Assembly (NCBI GenBank): GCA_017882305.1 | Contig: JADGPU010000004.1 | Span: forward strand, 6,013-70,012 | Reading direction: 5' to 3' | DNA length: 64,000 nucleotides | From: Bacteroidales bacterium | Lineage (GTDB): Bacteria > Bacteroidota > Bacteroidia > Bacteroidales > VadinHA17 | Shown here: in pieces, positions 30,709 through 39,483 of the stretch | Layout of the letters: each line of letters begins with the position of its first letter | Position numbering within the stretch: the stretch's first letter is position 1 | Notes under the pieces: generated by a model | What the model was told of the DNA's origin: nothing | Seen by the model: the letters and a program-made list of their open reading frames with translations, nothing else | The model's database searches: none | Position numbers and translations under genes: made by a program

Positions 30709-31283
30709 TAGCTATATTGAAATACAGTGCCGGAAATATAAAATCCGTACAGAATGCACTGACACGTCTGGGTTACAAAAGCATTATTACAGACAACCCA
30801 TCTGAGTTGTCAAATGCAGATAAAGTTATTTTCCCTGGTGTTGGAGAAGCCAGTTCTGCAATTTATTATCTTAAGGAAAGAGGATTGGATAAAACAATCA
30901 TCTCTCTGAAGCAACCAGTGCTTGGTATTTGTCTTGGTTTACAGCTAATGTGCCGTTTTTCTGAAGAAGGAGAAACAAAATGCCTCGGAATATTTGATAC
31001 CGATGTAAGATTATTCCCACCGGTTGATAAGATACCACATATGGGCTGGAATAATTGCCTGACGATGAAAGGAGACCTTTTCAAAAGCATAACTATTGAT
31101 GACGATCTCTATTATGTTCACAGTTATTATGCCGAAATTTCATCATTTACCTTAGCAACCTGCGACTATATCCTGCCATTCAGTGCAGCAATGCAAAAGG
31201 AAAATTTTTATGCCACACAGTTTCATCCGGAGAAATCTGCAGAAACCGGCGAAAAAATATTGAAAAACTTTCTGGCACTATGA
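30705..31283 (+). CDS. hisH: Imidazole glycerol phosphate synthase, glutaminase subunit
   Basis: 192 aa. GATase-1 with the GICLGLQ nucleophile elbow and QFHPEKS. Confidence 0.9.
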   Translation: MIAILKYSAGNIKSVQNALTRLGYKSIITDNPSELSNADKVIFPGVGEASSAIYYLKERGLDKTIISLKQPVLGICLGLQLMCRFSEEGETKCLGIFDTDVRLFPPVDKIPHMGWNNCLTMKGDLFKSITIDDDLYYVHSYYAEISSFTLATCDYILPFSAAMQKENFYATQFHPEKSAETGEKILKNFLAL

Positions 31284-31993
31284 GAATCATTGTGGCAATG
31301 GATATTATAGGCGGAAAATGTGTCCGGCTTACCAGAGGAGATTTCAATACTAAGAAAGTTTATAATAAGGATCCTCTGGAGGTAGCTCTGCAGATCGAAG
31401 ATAATGGAATAAACTATCTGCATCTGGTCGATCTTGAAGGGGCTAAAAACAAACAGATAGAAAATATAAAGGTCCTGGAAAAGATTGCATGGAAGACAAA
31501 TTTAAAAATTGATTTTGGCGGCGGGTTAAGATCATATGATGATTTGATAACAGTATTTAATGCCGGGGCACGACAGGTCACCGCTGGAAGTATAGCTGTC
31601 ACTGACCCCCATTTATTCCTTGAATGGCTGATGAAACTGGGACAGGAAAAGCTGATTCTTGCGGCAGATTGCATCGACAGAAAAGTCTCGACCGGTGGAT
31701 GGTTGCAAAATTCCGACAAAGAGATAATGCGTTTTATTTCTGATTACCGGTCAAAAGGTGTGAAATATACAATATGTACTGATATTAAAAAAGATGGTAT
31801 GCTGAAGGGGCCGTCAACAGCACTTTATAAAGAGATCCTGAGTGCTGTAAAAATCAATCTTATTGCCAGCGGAGGAATTTCATCATTCAAAGATATTGAG
31901 GACGTTCAAGAAGCAGGATGTGAAGGGGCAATTATAGGAAAAGCAGTTTATGAGGGAAAAATGACTTTAAAAGAACTGGGGAAATTATGTTAA
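31280..31993 (+). CDS. hisA: ProFAR isomerase
   Basis: 237 aa. [14 protein letters not shown] opening. HisA/HisF fold, in operon order. Confidence 0.9.
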   Translation: MRIIVAMDIIGGKCVRLTRGDFNTKKVYNKDPLEVALQIEDNGINYLHLVDLEGAKNKQIENIKVLEKIAWKTNLKIDFGGGLRSYDDLITVFNAGARQVTAGSIAVTDPHLFLEWLMKLGQEKLILAADCIDRKVSTGGWLQNSDKEIMRFISDYRSKGVKYTICTDIKKDGMLKGPSTALYKEILSAVKINLIASGGISSFKDIEDVQEAGCEGAIIGKAVYEGKMTLKELGKLC

Positions 31994-32739
31994 AAAGACG
32001 AATTATTCCTTGTCTCGACATTAAAGATGGAAGAACGGTTAAAGGAGTGAATTTTATCAACCTCATAGATGCAGGAGACCCTGTTGAACTGGCAAAAGTC
32101 TATGCAAAACAGGGTGCAGATGAACTTGTCTTCCTCGATATAACTGCGACAATCGAAAACAGGAAAGCTCTTGGTGCACTGGTTGAAAGGATTGCAGCGG
32201 AAATAAATATACCATTTACAGTCGGAGGTGGAATTGATACTGTTTACGATGTTTCAATTCTAATTAAAGCCGGAGCCGATAAAGTAACTGTAAATTCATC
32301 TGTAGTACGAAGGCCAGGACTAATATCTGAGATTGCAAGGCAATTTGGGAATCAATGTATTGTGGTTGCAATTGACACAAAACTTGTTGATCATGAATGG
32401 ATTGTTGTTGTAGATGGTGGCCGTACTATCACTGAATTAAAAACTATAGACTGGGCACGCAGTATAGAAGATCTTGGTGCAGGTGAAATCCTGCTGACCT
32501 CAATGAATAATGACGGAACAAAAACCGGGTTTTCTATAGATATTACCAGAGAGGTGAGCAGGAATGTAAATATCCCTGTCATCGCATCAGGCGGGGCCGG
32601 ATCTATGGAACACTTCCGGGATGTCTTTTTTAATACAAGTTGCAGTGCTGCACTTGCTGCAAGTATATTTCATTTCGGGGAGATAGATATCAGAGAACTG
32701 AAAAAGTATCTGAAACATAATGGTATTGCAATAAGATAA
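31987..32739 (+). CDS. hisF: Imidazole glycerol phosphate synthase, cyclase subunit
   Basis: 250 aa. [19 protein letters not shown] and [18 protein letters not shown]. Confidence 0.95.
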   Translation: MLKRRIIPCLDIKDGRTVKGVNFINLIDAGDPVELAKVYAKQGADELVFLDITATIENRKALGALVERIAAEINIPFTVGGGIDTVYDVSILIKAGADKVTVNSSVVRRPGLISEIARQFGNQCIVVAIDTKLVDHEWIVVVDGGRTITELKTIDWARSIEDLGAGEILLTSMNNDGTKTGFSIDITREVSRNVNIPVIASGGAGSMEHFRDVFFNTSCSAALAASIFHFGEIDIRELKKYLKHNGIAIR

Positions 32740-32750
32740 GAATCTTCTTT

Positions 32751-32810
32751 CTCTGTGGTTCTCTGAATTTCCTCTGTGATCCTCTAAACACGTTCTTATT
32801 TATTGTAACA
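32751..32810. repeat. CTCTGTG phased element, copy A3 (left arm and loop only)
   Basis: Units start at 32751, 32761, 32772, 32782 (spacing 10, 11, 10), followed by CACGTTCTTATTTATTGTAACA, homologous to the apical loop of A1/A2. No CACAGAG right arm is present. Confidence 0.7.
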
Positions 32811-32821
32811 TAATAAAATTT

Positions 32822-32894
32822 ACCCCCTTTCATTTTCCCCCAAGGGGGAAATGTTTTTACTCCTTCCCCCGTGGGGGAAGGTTGGGAAGGGGGT
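32822..32894 (+). repeat. C5/G5 three-stem palindromic element (possible structured RNA or terminator)
   Basis: Outer stem 32822-32830/32886-32894. Hairpin 32834-32840/32845-32851 is followed by TGTTTTT. Hairpin 32862-32869/32874-32881 has a CGTG loop. There are three C5 and three G5 tracts. Confidence 0.6.
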
Positions 32895-32928
32895 TATAAA
32901 ACTCTATAGAAAAGAAAAAAACAATATT

Positions 32929-33522
32929 ATGGAACAAATCGATTTTACAAAGGGTAACGGGCTGGTTCCGGTTGTTATTCAGGATAATAACACACTCCAG
33001 GTATTAATGGTAGGATATATGAATGAAGAGGCTTTAGAAAAAACCAGGAAAGAAAAAAAGGTGACTTTTTTCAGCAGGAGCAAAAACCGGCTCTGGACTA
33101 AAGGTGAAACCTCCGGGAATTATTTGCATATTAAAGAAGTTTTAATGGATTGTGATAACGATTCGATCCTTATTAAAGTTAACCCAGCCGGATCTGTCTG
33201 CCACACTGGAAGTACCTCCTGCTTTGGTGACGAGAGTGCAAAAGGGTTTATCTATGAATTAGAACACATTATAAACCAGCGTATTAAGAATAACACAAAA
33301 GAATCATATACAAACCAACTCTATAAGAAAGGAATTAACAAAGTTGCTCAGAAAGTCGGTGAAGAAGCCATTGAATTAATCATCGAATCCAAAGATACTA
33401 ACATCGACCTCTTCAGAAATGAGGCAGCAGACCTGCTTTATCATCTGATTATATTATTAAAAACAAAAGGTGTAAATCTGGAAAGTATTGAGGAGGTTCT
33501 GAAGGGAAGGCATAGAAAATAG
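32929..33522 (+). CDS. hisI: Bifunctional phosphoribosyl-AMP cyclohydrolase / phosphoribosyl-ATP pyrophosphatase
   Basis: Start moved to MEQIDFTKGNGLVPVVIQD. The ORF-track start at 32851 translates the C5/G5 hairpins. The HisI motif CHTGSTSCF is followed by a HisE helical domain. Confidence 0.9.
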   Translation: MEQIDFTKGNGLVPVVIQDNNTLQVLMVGYMNEEALEKTRKEKKVTFFSRSKNRLWTKGETSGNYLHIKEVLMDCDNDSILIKVNPAGSVCHTGSTSCFGDESAKGFIYELEHIINQRIKNNTKESYTNQLYKKGINKVAQKVGEEAIELIIESKDTNIDLFRNEAADLLYHLIILLKTKGVNLESIEEVLKGRHRK

Positions 33523-33584
33523 TTTTGCCCCCATCCCCCTAAATGGCGGCTAATATCATCAATTAAATTCAGGATGGTATTTTA

Positions 33585-33700
33585 AGATTGCTTCGCTTAG
33601 CTCGCAATGACTGTGCAAGTAAGGTTAGTTTAGTTTGGGAGTTGAACCAGAGCTGATAAAATACACTGTCATTGCGAGGAGTAAAGCGACGAAGCAATCT
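33585..33700. mobile_element. MITE-like palindromic element (about 31-37-nt imperfect terminal inverted repeats, 48-nt centre)
   Basis: AGATTGCTTCGCTTAGCTCGCAATGACTGTG (33585-33615) against CACTGTCATTGCGAGGAGTAAAGCGACGAAGCAATCT (33664-33700). The outer 11 nt and inner 13 nt of the arms are complementary (one mismatch). It has no coding capacity. Confidence 0.55.
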
Positions 33701-33793
33701 CATCGTTTAAGTCCGAATGATATAAAAAACTGTCAATTTTTAACCGAATTAACACTTTTTATAACTTTTTACTTGTTTTTTTAAAAATTCAAT

Positions 33794-33801
33794 TACTTTT
33801 G
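33794..33801 (+). promoter_or_regulatory. -7 promoter box (TACTTTTG) of the Phe/Tyr leader
   Basis: TAnnTTTG match 20 nt upstream of the leader ATG. Confidence 0.45.
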
Positions 33802-33821
33802 TAAGCAAATAACGAAACCAA

Positions 33822-33887
33822 ATGAATATTGTGTGCAAATATTTTATCTGCTTTTTCTACTTCTATTTTTATTTTAAAAACAGATAA
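33822..33887 (+). CDS. Phe/Tyr-rich leader peptide (21 aa)
   Basis: ATG AAT ATT GTG TGC AAA TAT TTT ATC TGC TTT TTC TAC TTC TAT TTT TAT TTT AAA AAC AGA TAA = MNIVCKYFICFFYFYFYFKNR*. It contains 6 Phe and 4 Tyr codons, eight of them consecutive. Confidence 0.75.
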   Translation: MNIVCKYFICFFYFYFYFKNR

Positions 33888-33927
33888 AGGGATTTTTGTA
33901 CACAGATAATTTAAATTATATGAAAGC

Positions 33928-33958
33928 AAGGGTCCCTCGGAGGGGCCCTTTCTGTTTT
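33928..33958 (+). terminator. Attenuator terminator upstream of pheA
   Basis: 10-bp stem AAGGGTCCCT (33928-33937) / AGGGGCCCTT (33941-33950), loop CGG, tail TCTGTTTT. pheA ATG is at 33975. Confidence 0.75.
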
Positions 33959-33974
33959 AATACTTTTTAAGATA

Positions 33975-34805
33975 ATGAAGATAGCAATACAGGGAGAGGC
34001 AGGGTCCTTTCATGAAGTTGCTGCAAGACAGTACTTCAGTTATGATGAAATCGAAATAGTACCCTGCTCAACTTTCGATCTGGAACTCAACACTCTTAAG
34101 GGTGGGGAGGTTGACTTTGCTGTAATGGCAATTGAAAATGCCAGATCAGGAAGTATTCTCTATAATTACACACTTATAAGGGAATCGGGAATGAAGATAC
34201 TGGGAGAACATAATCTTCGAATAAAGCAGAATCTTATGGCTTTACCTGATCAGAAGATAACGGACATCCATGAAATACGGACACATCCTATTGCTCTGGC
34301 CCAATGCATGACTTTCCTGAATCAGTTTCCCGGAATTACCCTTATTGAGAGTGACGATACTGCAGGAAGTGCAAGAGTGATAAGTGAAACTAAGGTAAAA
34401 GGGGTAGCTGCTATTGCGCCATCACATGCGGCAGAAATATATGGTCTCGAAATTCTCGCCTCAGGAATTGAGACTTATAAGCAAAACTATACGCGATTTC
34501 TGGTTGTAGGAAATGAGGAGAAAGGTAATACAAGAGGAAATAAGGTATCAATCTGTTTCTCCACCGGACATAAACCCGGGTCCCTGGCAAAAGTTCTGGT
34601 AAAGCTGGCAGAACTGGAAATTAATCTGTCAAAAATACAGTCTGTCCCGAGATTAAATGGAGAATGGGAATATATGTTCTATCTCGATCTGGAATTGAAT
34701 AAAAACACAAAATCTGATATAATTAAAAGGATTCTGGATAAATACACCAGCAACCTGGAGATACTTGGTGTTTATTTTAAAGGAGACATGCTATATGATA
34801 GTTAA
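33975..34805 (+). CDS. pheA: Prephenate dehydratase (PDT plus ACT domains, no chorismate mutase domain)
   Basis: 276 aa. IAIQGEAGSFHE opening, TRFLV motif, and a C-terminal ACT domain with ESRP-like SVPRL. Confidence 0.9.
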   Translation: MKIAIQGEAGSFHEVAARQYFSYDEIEIVPCSTFDLELNTLKGGEVDFAVMAIENARSGSILYNYTLIRESGMKILGEHNLRIKQNLMALPDQKITDIHEIRTHPIALAQCMTFLNQFPGITLIESDDTAGSARVISETKVKGVAAIAPSHAAEIYGLEILASGIETYKQNYTRFLVVGNEEKGNTRGNKVSICFSTGHKPGSLAKVLVKLAELEINLSKIQSVPRLNGEWEYMFYLDLELNKNTKSDIIKRILDKYTSNLEILGVYFKGDMLYDS

Positions 34806-35964
34806 ACCGGCTGACCGCACAGGAAATGTGCAGGAATATTATTTTTCTCAAAAACTTGCCCAGATAGACAGAATGCGTAGAGAGGGTTCTGATGTCATAA
34901 ATCTTGGTATCGGCAGCCCCGATCAGCCCCCTTCTGAAAATACTGTTTCGGCTTTGATTGATGAAGCCAGAAAGCCAACTTCACATGGTTATCAGAGCTA
35001 TTCAGGTATACCCGCTCTTAGGAAAGCATTCTCAGAATGGTACAATAAGTATTTTCATGTTAATCTTAATCCCGACAAAGAGATCCTGCTTTTAATGGGC
35101 AGTAAGGAGGGAATAATGCATATTAGTATGGCTTTCGTCAATCCTGGAGATGAAGTTCTAGTCCCTGATCCCGGGTACCCCACATATTCCTCAGTGACAA
35201 ACCTTGTTGGCGGAATAGTAAGAAAGTATGAACTTTCAGAAGAGAAGGGCTGGCTGCCCGATCTGAAATCCCTTGAACAGAGTGATCTGAGCAGAGTTAA
35301 ACTAATGTGGGTCAATTATCCGCATATGCCCACAGGAGTTCAAGGGTCGATGGATCTGTTTGAAAAGCTGGTTGCCTTTTCCAGAAAACATGAGATACTA
35401 CTTGTCAACGACAATCCTTACAGCTTCATATTAAATAACAAATATAACAGTCTCCTTGCTGCTGATGGAGCAAAAGAAACTTCTATGGAGCTTAATTCCC
35501 TAAGCAAATCACACAATATGGCTGGCTGGAGAATAGGGATGGTTGGCGGTCACAGTGATTATATTAAAACAATTCTGAAGGTAAAAAGCAATATGGATTC
35601 AGGAATGTTCCTGGCTATGCAGATGGCTGCAATTGAAGCACTTAATAATCAGAAATCATGGTACGACACTGTCAACAGTGTTTATTTCAGACGCAGGAAA
35701 ATTGTGGAAGAAATAATGGATTTACTTAAATGCCGGTATGACAAATCTCAGGTTGGTTTGTTTGTCTGGGGGCGTATTCAGGAGGATATTCCAGACTGTG
35801 AATCTTATATTGAGGAAATCTTAATGAAGACTTTTGTATTCATAACTCCCGGATTCATTTTCGGAAAGAACGGAGAACGTTATATACGCATTTCGCTCTG
35901 TGCTACGGAAGAAAAACTGAATGAAGCCAAAATGAGAATCACAAGTTTACTTTTTACCCGATAA
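34795..35964 (+). CDS. Class I/II PLP-dependent aminotransferase (aromatic/prephenate aminotransferase by context)
   Basis: Start taken at MIVKPADR (ATG 34795, 11-nt overlap with pheA) instead of 34765. PLP lysine in SLSKSHNMAGWRIG. The substrate is inferred only from the operon context. Confidence 0.75.
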   Translation: MIVKPADRTGNVQEYYFSQKLAQIDRMRREGSDVINLGIGSPDQPPSENTVSALIDEARKPTSHGYQSYSGIPALRKAFSEWYNKYFHVNLNPDKEILLLMGSKEGIMHISMAFVNPGDEVLVPDPGYPTYSSVTNLVGGIVRKYELSEEKGWLPDLKSLEQSDLSRVKLMWVNYPHMPTGVQGSMDLFEKLVAFSRKHEILLVNDNPYSFILNNKYNSLLAADGAKETSMELNSLSKSHNMAGWRIGMVGGHSDYIKTILKVKSNMDSGMFLAMQMAAIEALNNQKSWYDTVNSVYFRRRKIVEEIMDLLKCRYDKSQVGLFVWGRIQEDIPDCESYIEEILMKTFVFITPGFIFGKNGERYIRISLCATEEKLNEAKMRITSLLFTR

Positions 35965-36000
35965 CTTAATATCCTGATAACTTAATAACAACAAACAAAA

Positions 36001-36846
36001 ATGACAATTGCTGTAGTTGGAATAGGACTGATAGGAGGATCGTTAATGGTTGATCTCCGCAAACGTGGTTTTGCGGACAAAATAATCGGCATAGATACAA
36101 ATATACATCACCAGAACATAGCCCTCCTTTGTGGCCTGGTTGATGAAAATGATACTCTGGAAAATGCTGTTGAACAAAGCGATTTAATAATCCTCTCCAC
36201 ACCTGTTAATACAAATTGCATTATGTTACCAGGTATCCTCGACAGGATTGCTGGTACTACAAAAGTTGTTACAGATATGGGCTCAACAAAAGCCAGCATC
36301 GCAAAGGCTTCAAAAAACCATCCCGGCAGGGGAAGATATGTTGCAGTACATCCTATGGCTGGTACAGAATATTCTGGTCCTCTGGCAGCTATAGGCAGGC
36401 TTTTTGACTATAAGACTGCAATTATATGCGACAAGGAACTCAGTGATCCCGACGCTCTTTCCGTGGTTGAAAAAATGCTCGATTTGCTTAACATGCATAA
36501 AGTGTACATGAACTCGAGTGAGCATGATGTGCATGTTGCTTATATATCTCATATTTCACATATTACTTCCTTTTCACTTGCATTAAGCGTTCTTGAAAAG
36601 GAACAGGAAGAACAAAACATCCTTACCCTGGCTGGTGGCGGTTTTGAAAGTACCGTACGTCTCGCTAAAAGTAATGGAGAGACATGGGCTCCTATCTTCC
36701 TGGAAAATGCACAATATATCCTTGAGGTGATGGATACTTATATTGAAAAAATGAATTCATTCAGAAAAATGATTTCAGATAATGACATTAACGGTCTGAA
36801 AGCTTTAATGGAAGAAGCTAACAAGATCAGAAAGATATTAAATTAA
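36001..36846 (+). CDS. tyrA: Prephenate dehydrogenase
   Basis: 281 aa. VVGIGLIGGS Rossmann motif and HPMAGTE catalytic motif. Confidence 0.9.
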   Translation: MTIAVVGIGLIGGSLMVDLRKRGFADKIIGIDTNIHHQNIALLCGLVDENDTLENAVEQSDLIILSTPVNTNCIMLPGILDRIAGTTKVVTDMGSTKASIAKASKNHPGRGRYVAVHPMAGTEYSGPLAAIGRLFDYKTAIICDKELSDPDALSVVEKMLDLLNMHKVYMNSSEHDVHVAYISHISHITSFSLALSVLEKEQEEQNILTLAGGGFESTVRLAKSNGETWAPIFLENAQYILEVMDTYIEKMNSFRKMISDNDINGLKALMEEANKIRKILN

Positions 36847-36850
36847 GATA

Positions 36851-37966
36851 ATGGAATTAAAACTTAAGAATTCCCTGATTAAAGACTGGAGAGGTTATAA
36901 GGGCAGACCCTTTCTCATCTCCGGTCCATGCAGCGCCGAAACAGAGGAACAGGTGATGGAAACTGCTATACAATTAGCTCAGATAAAAGAGGTTAGTCTA
37001 TTTCGCGCTGGCATATGGAAACCCAGGACTCGTCCAAATTCTTTTGAAGGTGTGGGTACTGTAGGTTTAAAATGGCTAAGAAGAGTGAAAGAGGAAACCG
37101 GCCTGTTAGTCGGTACAGAAGTAGCGAATGAGAAACATGTCTATGAAGCTTTGAAATATGGCATTGACATGTTATGGATAGGTGCCAGAACATCTGTTAA
37201 TCCTTTCACGGTTCAGGAGATCTCCGATGCATTGAGTGGGGTAGATGTTATGGTCCTGGTCAAAAACCCGATTAATCCGGACATTGAGTTGTGGATAGGT
37301 GCAATAGAGCGCGTTGCCAGGGCAGGTATTACCCGGATAGGTGCAGTTCACCGGGGTTTCTCTTCCTACGAAAAGACATTGTACCGCAATCAGCCTAACT
37401 GGCAGTTGCCAATTGAACTTCGCAGACGAATGCCTGATTTACCAATAATTTGTGATCCAAGCCACATTGGAGGAGCCAGACAATTTCTTCATGAGATTTC
37501 GCAGAAGGCAATGGACCTCAACTTCGACGGGTTAATGCTTGAATCACATATCGACCCTTCAAAAGCTTTAAGCGACGCGGCTCAACAGCTTACTCCAAAT
37601 GATCTGAAAGAACTTTTAAGCAGGTTAATTCTTCGTAATCCAAGCACTTCTGATCCGAAATTGCTCGATGTACTCGGTGAATTAAGGCAACAGATCGATG
37701 TTTACGATGATCATCTTCTCGATCTGATGGAACAAAGAATGAAAGTTGCAGAAACTATCGGTCGTTATAAAAAGGAAAATAATATCACTATCTTGCAGAC
37801 AACCCGGTGGGATGAAATCATTAATAAAGTACTGGCAAAAGGTCATGCTAAAGGACTTAGCACAGAACTGATTGATACAATTTTCAAAGCGATTCACCAG
37901 GAGTCTATAAACCATCAGATGAAGGTCATGAATAATGGGGTGAAAAGCGGGCCTGACGAAAAATAA
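36851..37966 (+). CDS. Bifunctional DAHP synthase (type I-beta) with C-terminal chorismate mutase
   Basis: 371 aa. ISGPCSAE and CDPSH motifs of KDO8PS-like DAHPS. The last ~90 aa (LRQQIDVYDDHLLDLMEQRMKVAETIGRYK...) form an AroQ-type chorismate mutase domain. Confidence 0.85.
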   Translation: MELKLKNSLIKDWRGYKGRPFLISGPCSAETEEQVMETAIQLAQIKEVSLFRAGIWKPRTRPNSFEGVGTVGLKWLRRVKEETGLLVGTEVANEKHVYEALKYGIDMLWIGARTSVNPFTVQEISDALSGVDVMVLVKNPINPDIELWIGAIERVARAGITRIGAVHRGFSSYEKTLYRNQPNWQLPIELRRRMPDLPIICDPSHIGGARQFLHEISQKAMDLNFDGLMLESHIDPSKALSDAAQQLTPNDLKELLSRLILRNPSTSDPKLLDVLGELRQQIDVYDDHLLDLMEQRMKVAETIGRYKKENNITILQTTRWDEIINKVLAKGHAKGLSTELIDTIFKAIHQESINHQMKVMNNGVKSGPDEK

Positions 37967-37982
37967 AAATTAAAATGAACTT

Positions 37983-39233
37983 ATGGAAAGATATCTGGAA
38001 CCGTCCTCAATTAAAGGTACTATCAAAGCTCCGGCTTCAAAAAGCATGACACAACGGGCAATAGCTGCAGCGTTACTGGCTGACGGTCAAAGTATAATCC
38101 ATAATCCCTCGTATTGCGATGATTCATTGGCAGCAATGAGTATAGCAGTCGGATTGGGTGCCAGGGTTGAACCTCAGGTTAACCAACTTAAGATAAATGG
38201 GTCTGCAATTCTGAAAGAACCTAAGCTGAATTGTGGTGAATCGGGGCTGGCAATCCGTATGTTTTCCCCTATTGCTGCTTTATATCCTGCTGAAATTACG
38301 ATGGTTGGAGCGAATTCTCTTAAAAGAAGGCCAATGTTCATGATTGAAGATGCTTTAAATCAGCTTGGAGTGAAGTGTACAAGCTCTGGTGGATTTCTTC
38401 CTCTTACAATTGAGGGACCAATAGTCGGTGGAAATTGCGAAATTGACGGTTCGGTAAGCAGCCAGTTATTAACAGGATTGCTAATGGCTTTGCCTCTGGC
38501 TGCAAAAAACTCTGAAATCAAGGTCAATAACCTGAAAAGCAAACCATATATTGATATGACGATCCAGATTCTGAAGTCATTTGGTATATCTGTAGAGAAT
38601 CAAGATTATTGCCTGTTCAATATTCAGGGAAATCAAAAGTATACCCCTCATAGTTATACAGTGGAGGGTGACTGGAGCGGAGGAGCATTTCTCCTGGTTG
38701 CCGGTGCCATTAACGGTCAGCTGTGTGTCAAGGGACTTCGGAGAGACAGCATGCAAAGTGATATGGCAATAATTAACGCGCTGGAGAATGCCGGTGCACA
38801 TATTAAAGTGGGTGAAGATCAGATTGAGATTACCAAATCAGAATTAAAAGCGTTTGAATTTAATGCTACAGAATCACCGGATCTGTTCCCTCCACTTGTT
38901 GCACTAGCTTCCTATTGTGAAGGAATTTCAACAATCAAAGGTGTATCAAGATTAATATATAAGGAAAGTGACCGGGCCAAAGCTCTTAAGGAAGAGTTTG
39001 GCAAAATGAATGTTAAGATTGAAATTAGTGATGATATGATGTATGTGACCGGAGGAAGTCCACAGGGCGCCAGGGTTGAATCGCATGATGACCATCGCAT
39101 TGCAATGGCCATTGCTGTTACGTCACTTGGAGCTACAGGAAAAGTATCTATCAGAGACTCACAATGCGTCGCAAAATCATATCCCGGTTTCTTTGATGAT
39201 CTCAGACATCTTGGTGCTGTTGTTCATGAATGA
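37983..39233 (+). CDS. aroA: 3-phosphoshikimate 1-carboxyvinyltransferase (EPSP synthase)
   Basis: 416 aa. KAPASKSMTQRA and DHRIAMA motifs. Confidence 0.9.
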   Translation: MERYLEPSSIKGTIKAPASKSMTQRAIAAALLADGQSIIHNPSYCDDSLAAMSIAVGLGARVEPQVNQLKINGSAILKEPKLNCGESGLAIRMFSPIAALYPAEITMVGANSLKRRPMFMIEDALNQLGVKCTSSGGFLPLTIEGPIVGGNCEIDGSVSSQLLTGLLMALPLAAKNSEIKVNNLKSKPYIDMTIQILKSFGISVENQDYCLFNIQGNQKYTPHSYTVEGDWSGGAFLLVAGAINGQLCVKGLRRDSMQSDMAIINALENAGAHIKVGEDQIEITKSELKAFEFNATESPDLFPPLVALASYCEGISTIKGVSRLIYKESDRAKALKEEFGKMNVKIEISDDMMYVTGGSPQGARVESHDDHRIAMAIAVTSLGATGKVSIRDSQCVAKSYPGFFDDLRHLGAVVHE

Positions 39234-39337
39234 TTCCCGGGAAGGCTGAATTTTGATCGTTCCGATCATAAAAAGGGTTATTTTATTGAAATATTTAAAA
39301 AAAAGTTGATTTTTTATTGATATTTTAAATTTTTGAT

Positions 39338-39345
39338 TATTTTTG
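39338..39345 (+). promoter_or_regulatory. Candidate -7 promoter box (TATTTTTG) of the Trp leader
   Basis: TAnnTTTG match, but only 5 nt before the leader ATG. This would imply a leaderless or near-leaderless leader transcript, so confidence is low. Confidence 0.3.
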
Positions 39346-39350
39346 TCGCT

Positions 39351-39425
39351 ATGCAAACAAGGACTTTTTATATTTGGTCGTGGCGCAGCTCAACTGATTT
39401 AGCTGTGAAACAAGCCATTATATAA
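39351..39425 (+). CDS. Trp-containing leader peptide (24 aa)
   Basis: ATG CAA ACA AGG ACT TTT TAT ATT TGG TCG TGG CGC AGC TCA ACT GAT TTA GCT GTG AAA CAA GCC ATT ATA TAA = MQTRTFYIWSWRSSTDLAVKQAII*. Two TGG codons lie at 39375 and 39381. Confidence 0.75.
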   Translation: MQTRTFYIWSWRSSTDLAVKQAII

Positions 39426-39451
39426 CACTTATAAGATATTTATTTATAGAG

Positions 39452-39483
39452 GCATGCTGTTCACAGCGTGCTTTTTTTGTTTT
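39452..39483 (+). terminator. Attenuator terminator upstream of trpB2
   Basis: Stem GCATGCTG (39452-39459) / CAGCGTGC (39464-39471), loop TTCA, then TTTTTTTGTTTT (39472-39483). trpB2 ATG is at 39517. Confidence 0.8.

Noticed and set aside
32851-32928. ORF-track N-terminal extension of hisIE (MFLLLPPWGKVGKGVIKLYRKEKNNI)
   Set aside because: It is a translation of the C5/G5 palindromes. The conserved HisI sequence begins at MEQIDF (32929).
39234-39270. TTCCCGGGAA palindrome (39234-39243) and 6-bp hairpin TGATCG/CGATCA (39254-39268) after aroA as an operon terminator
   Set aside because: The stems are short, the palindrome has no loop, and no U-tract follows. This is not convincing as an intrinsic terminator, so the aroA-to-trp-leader boundary is left open.
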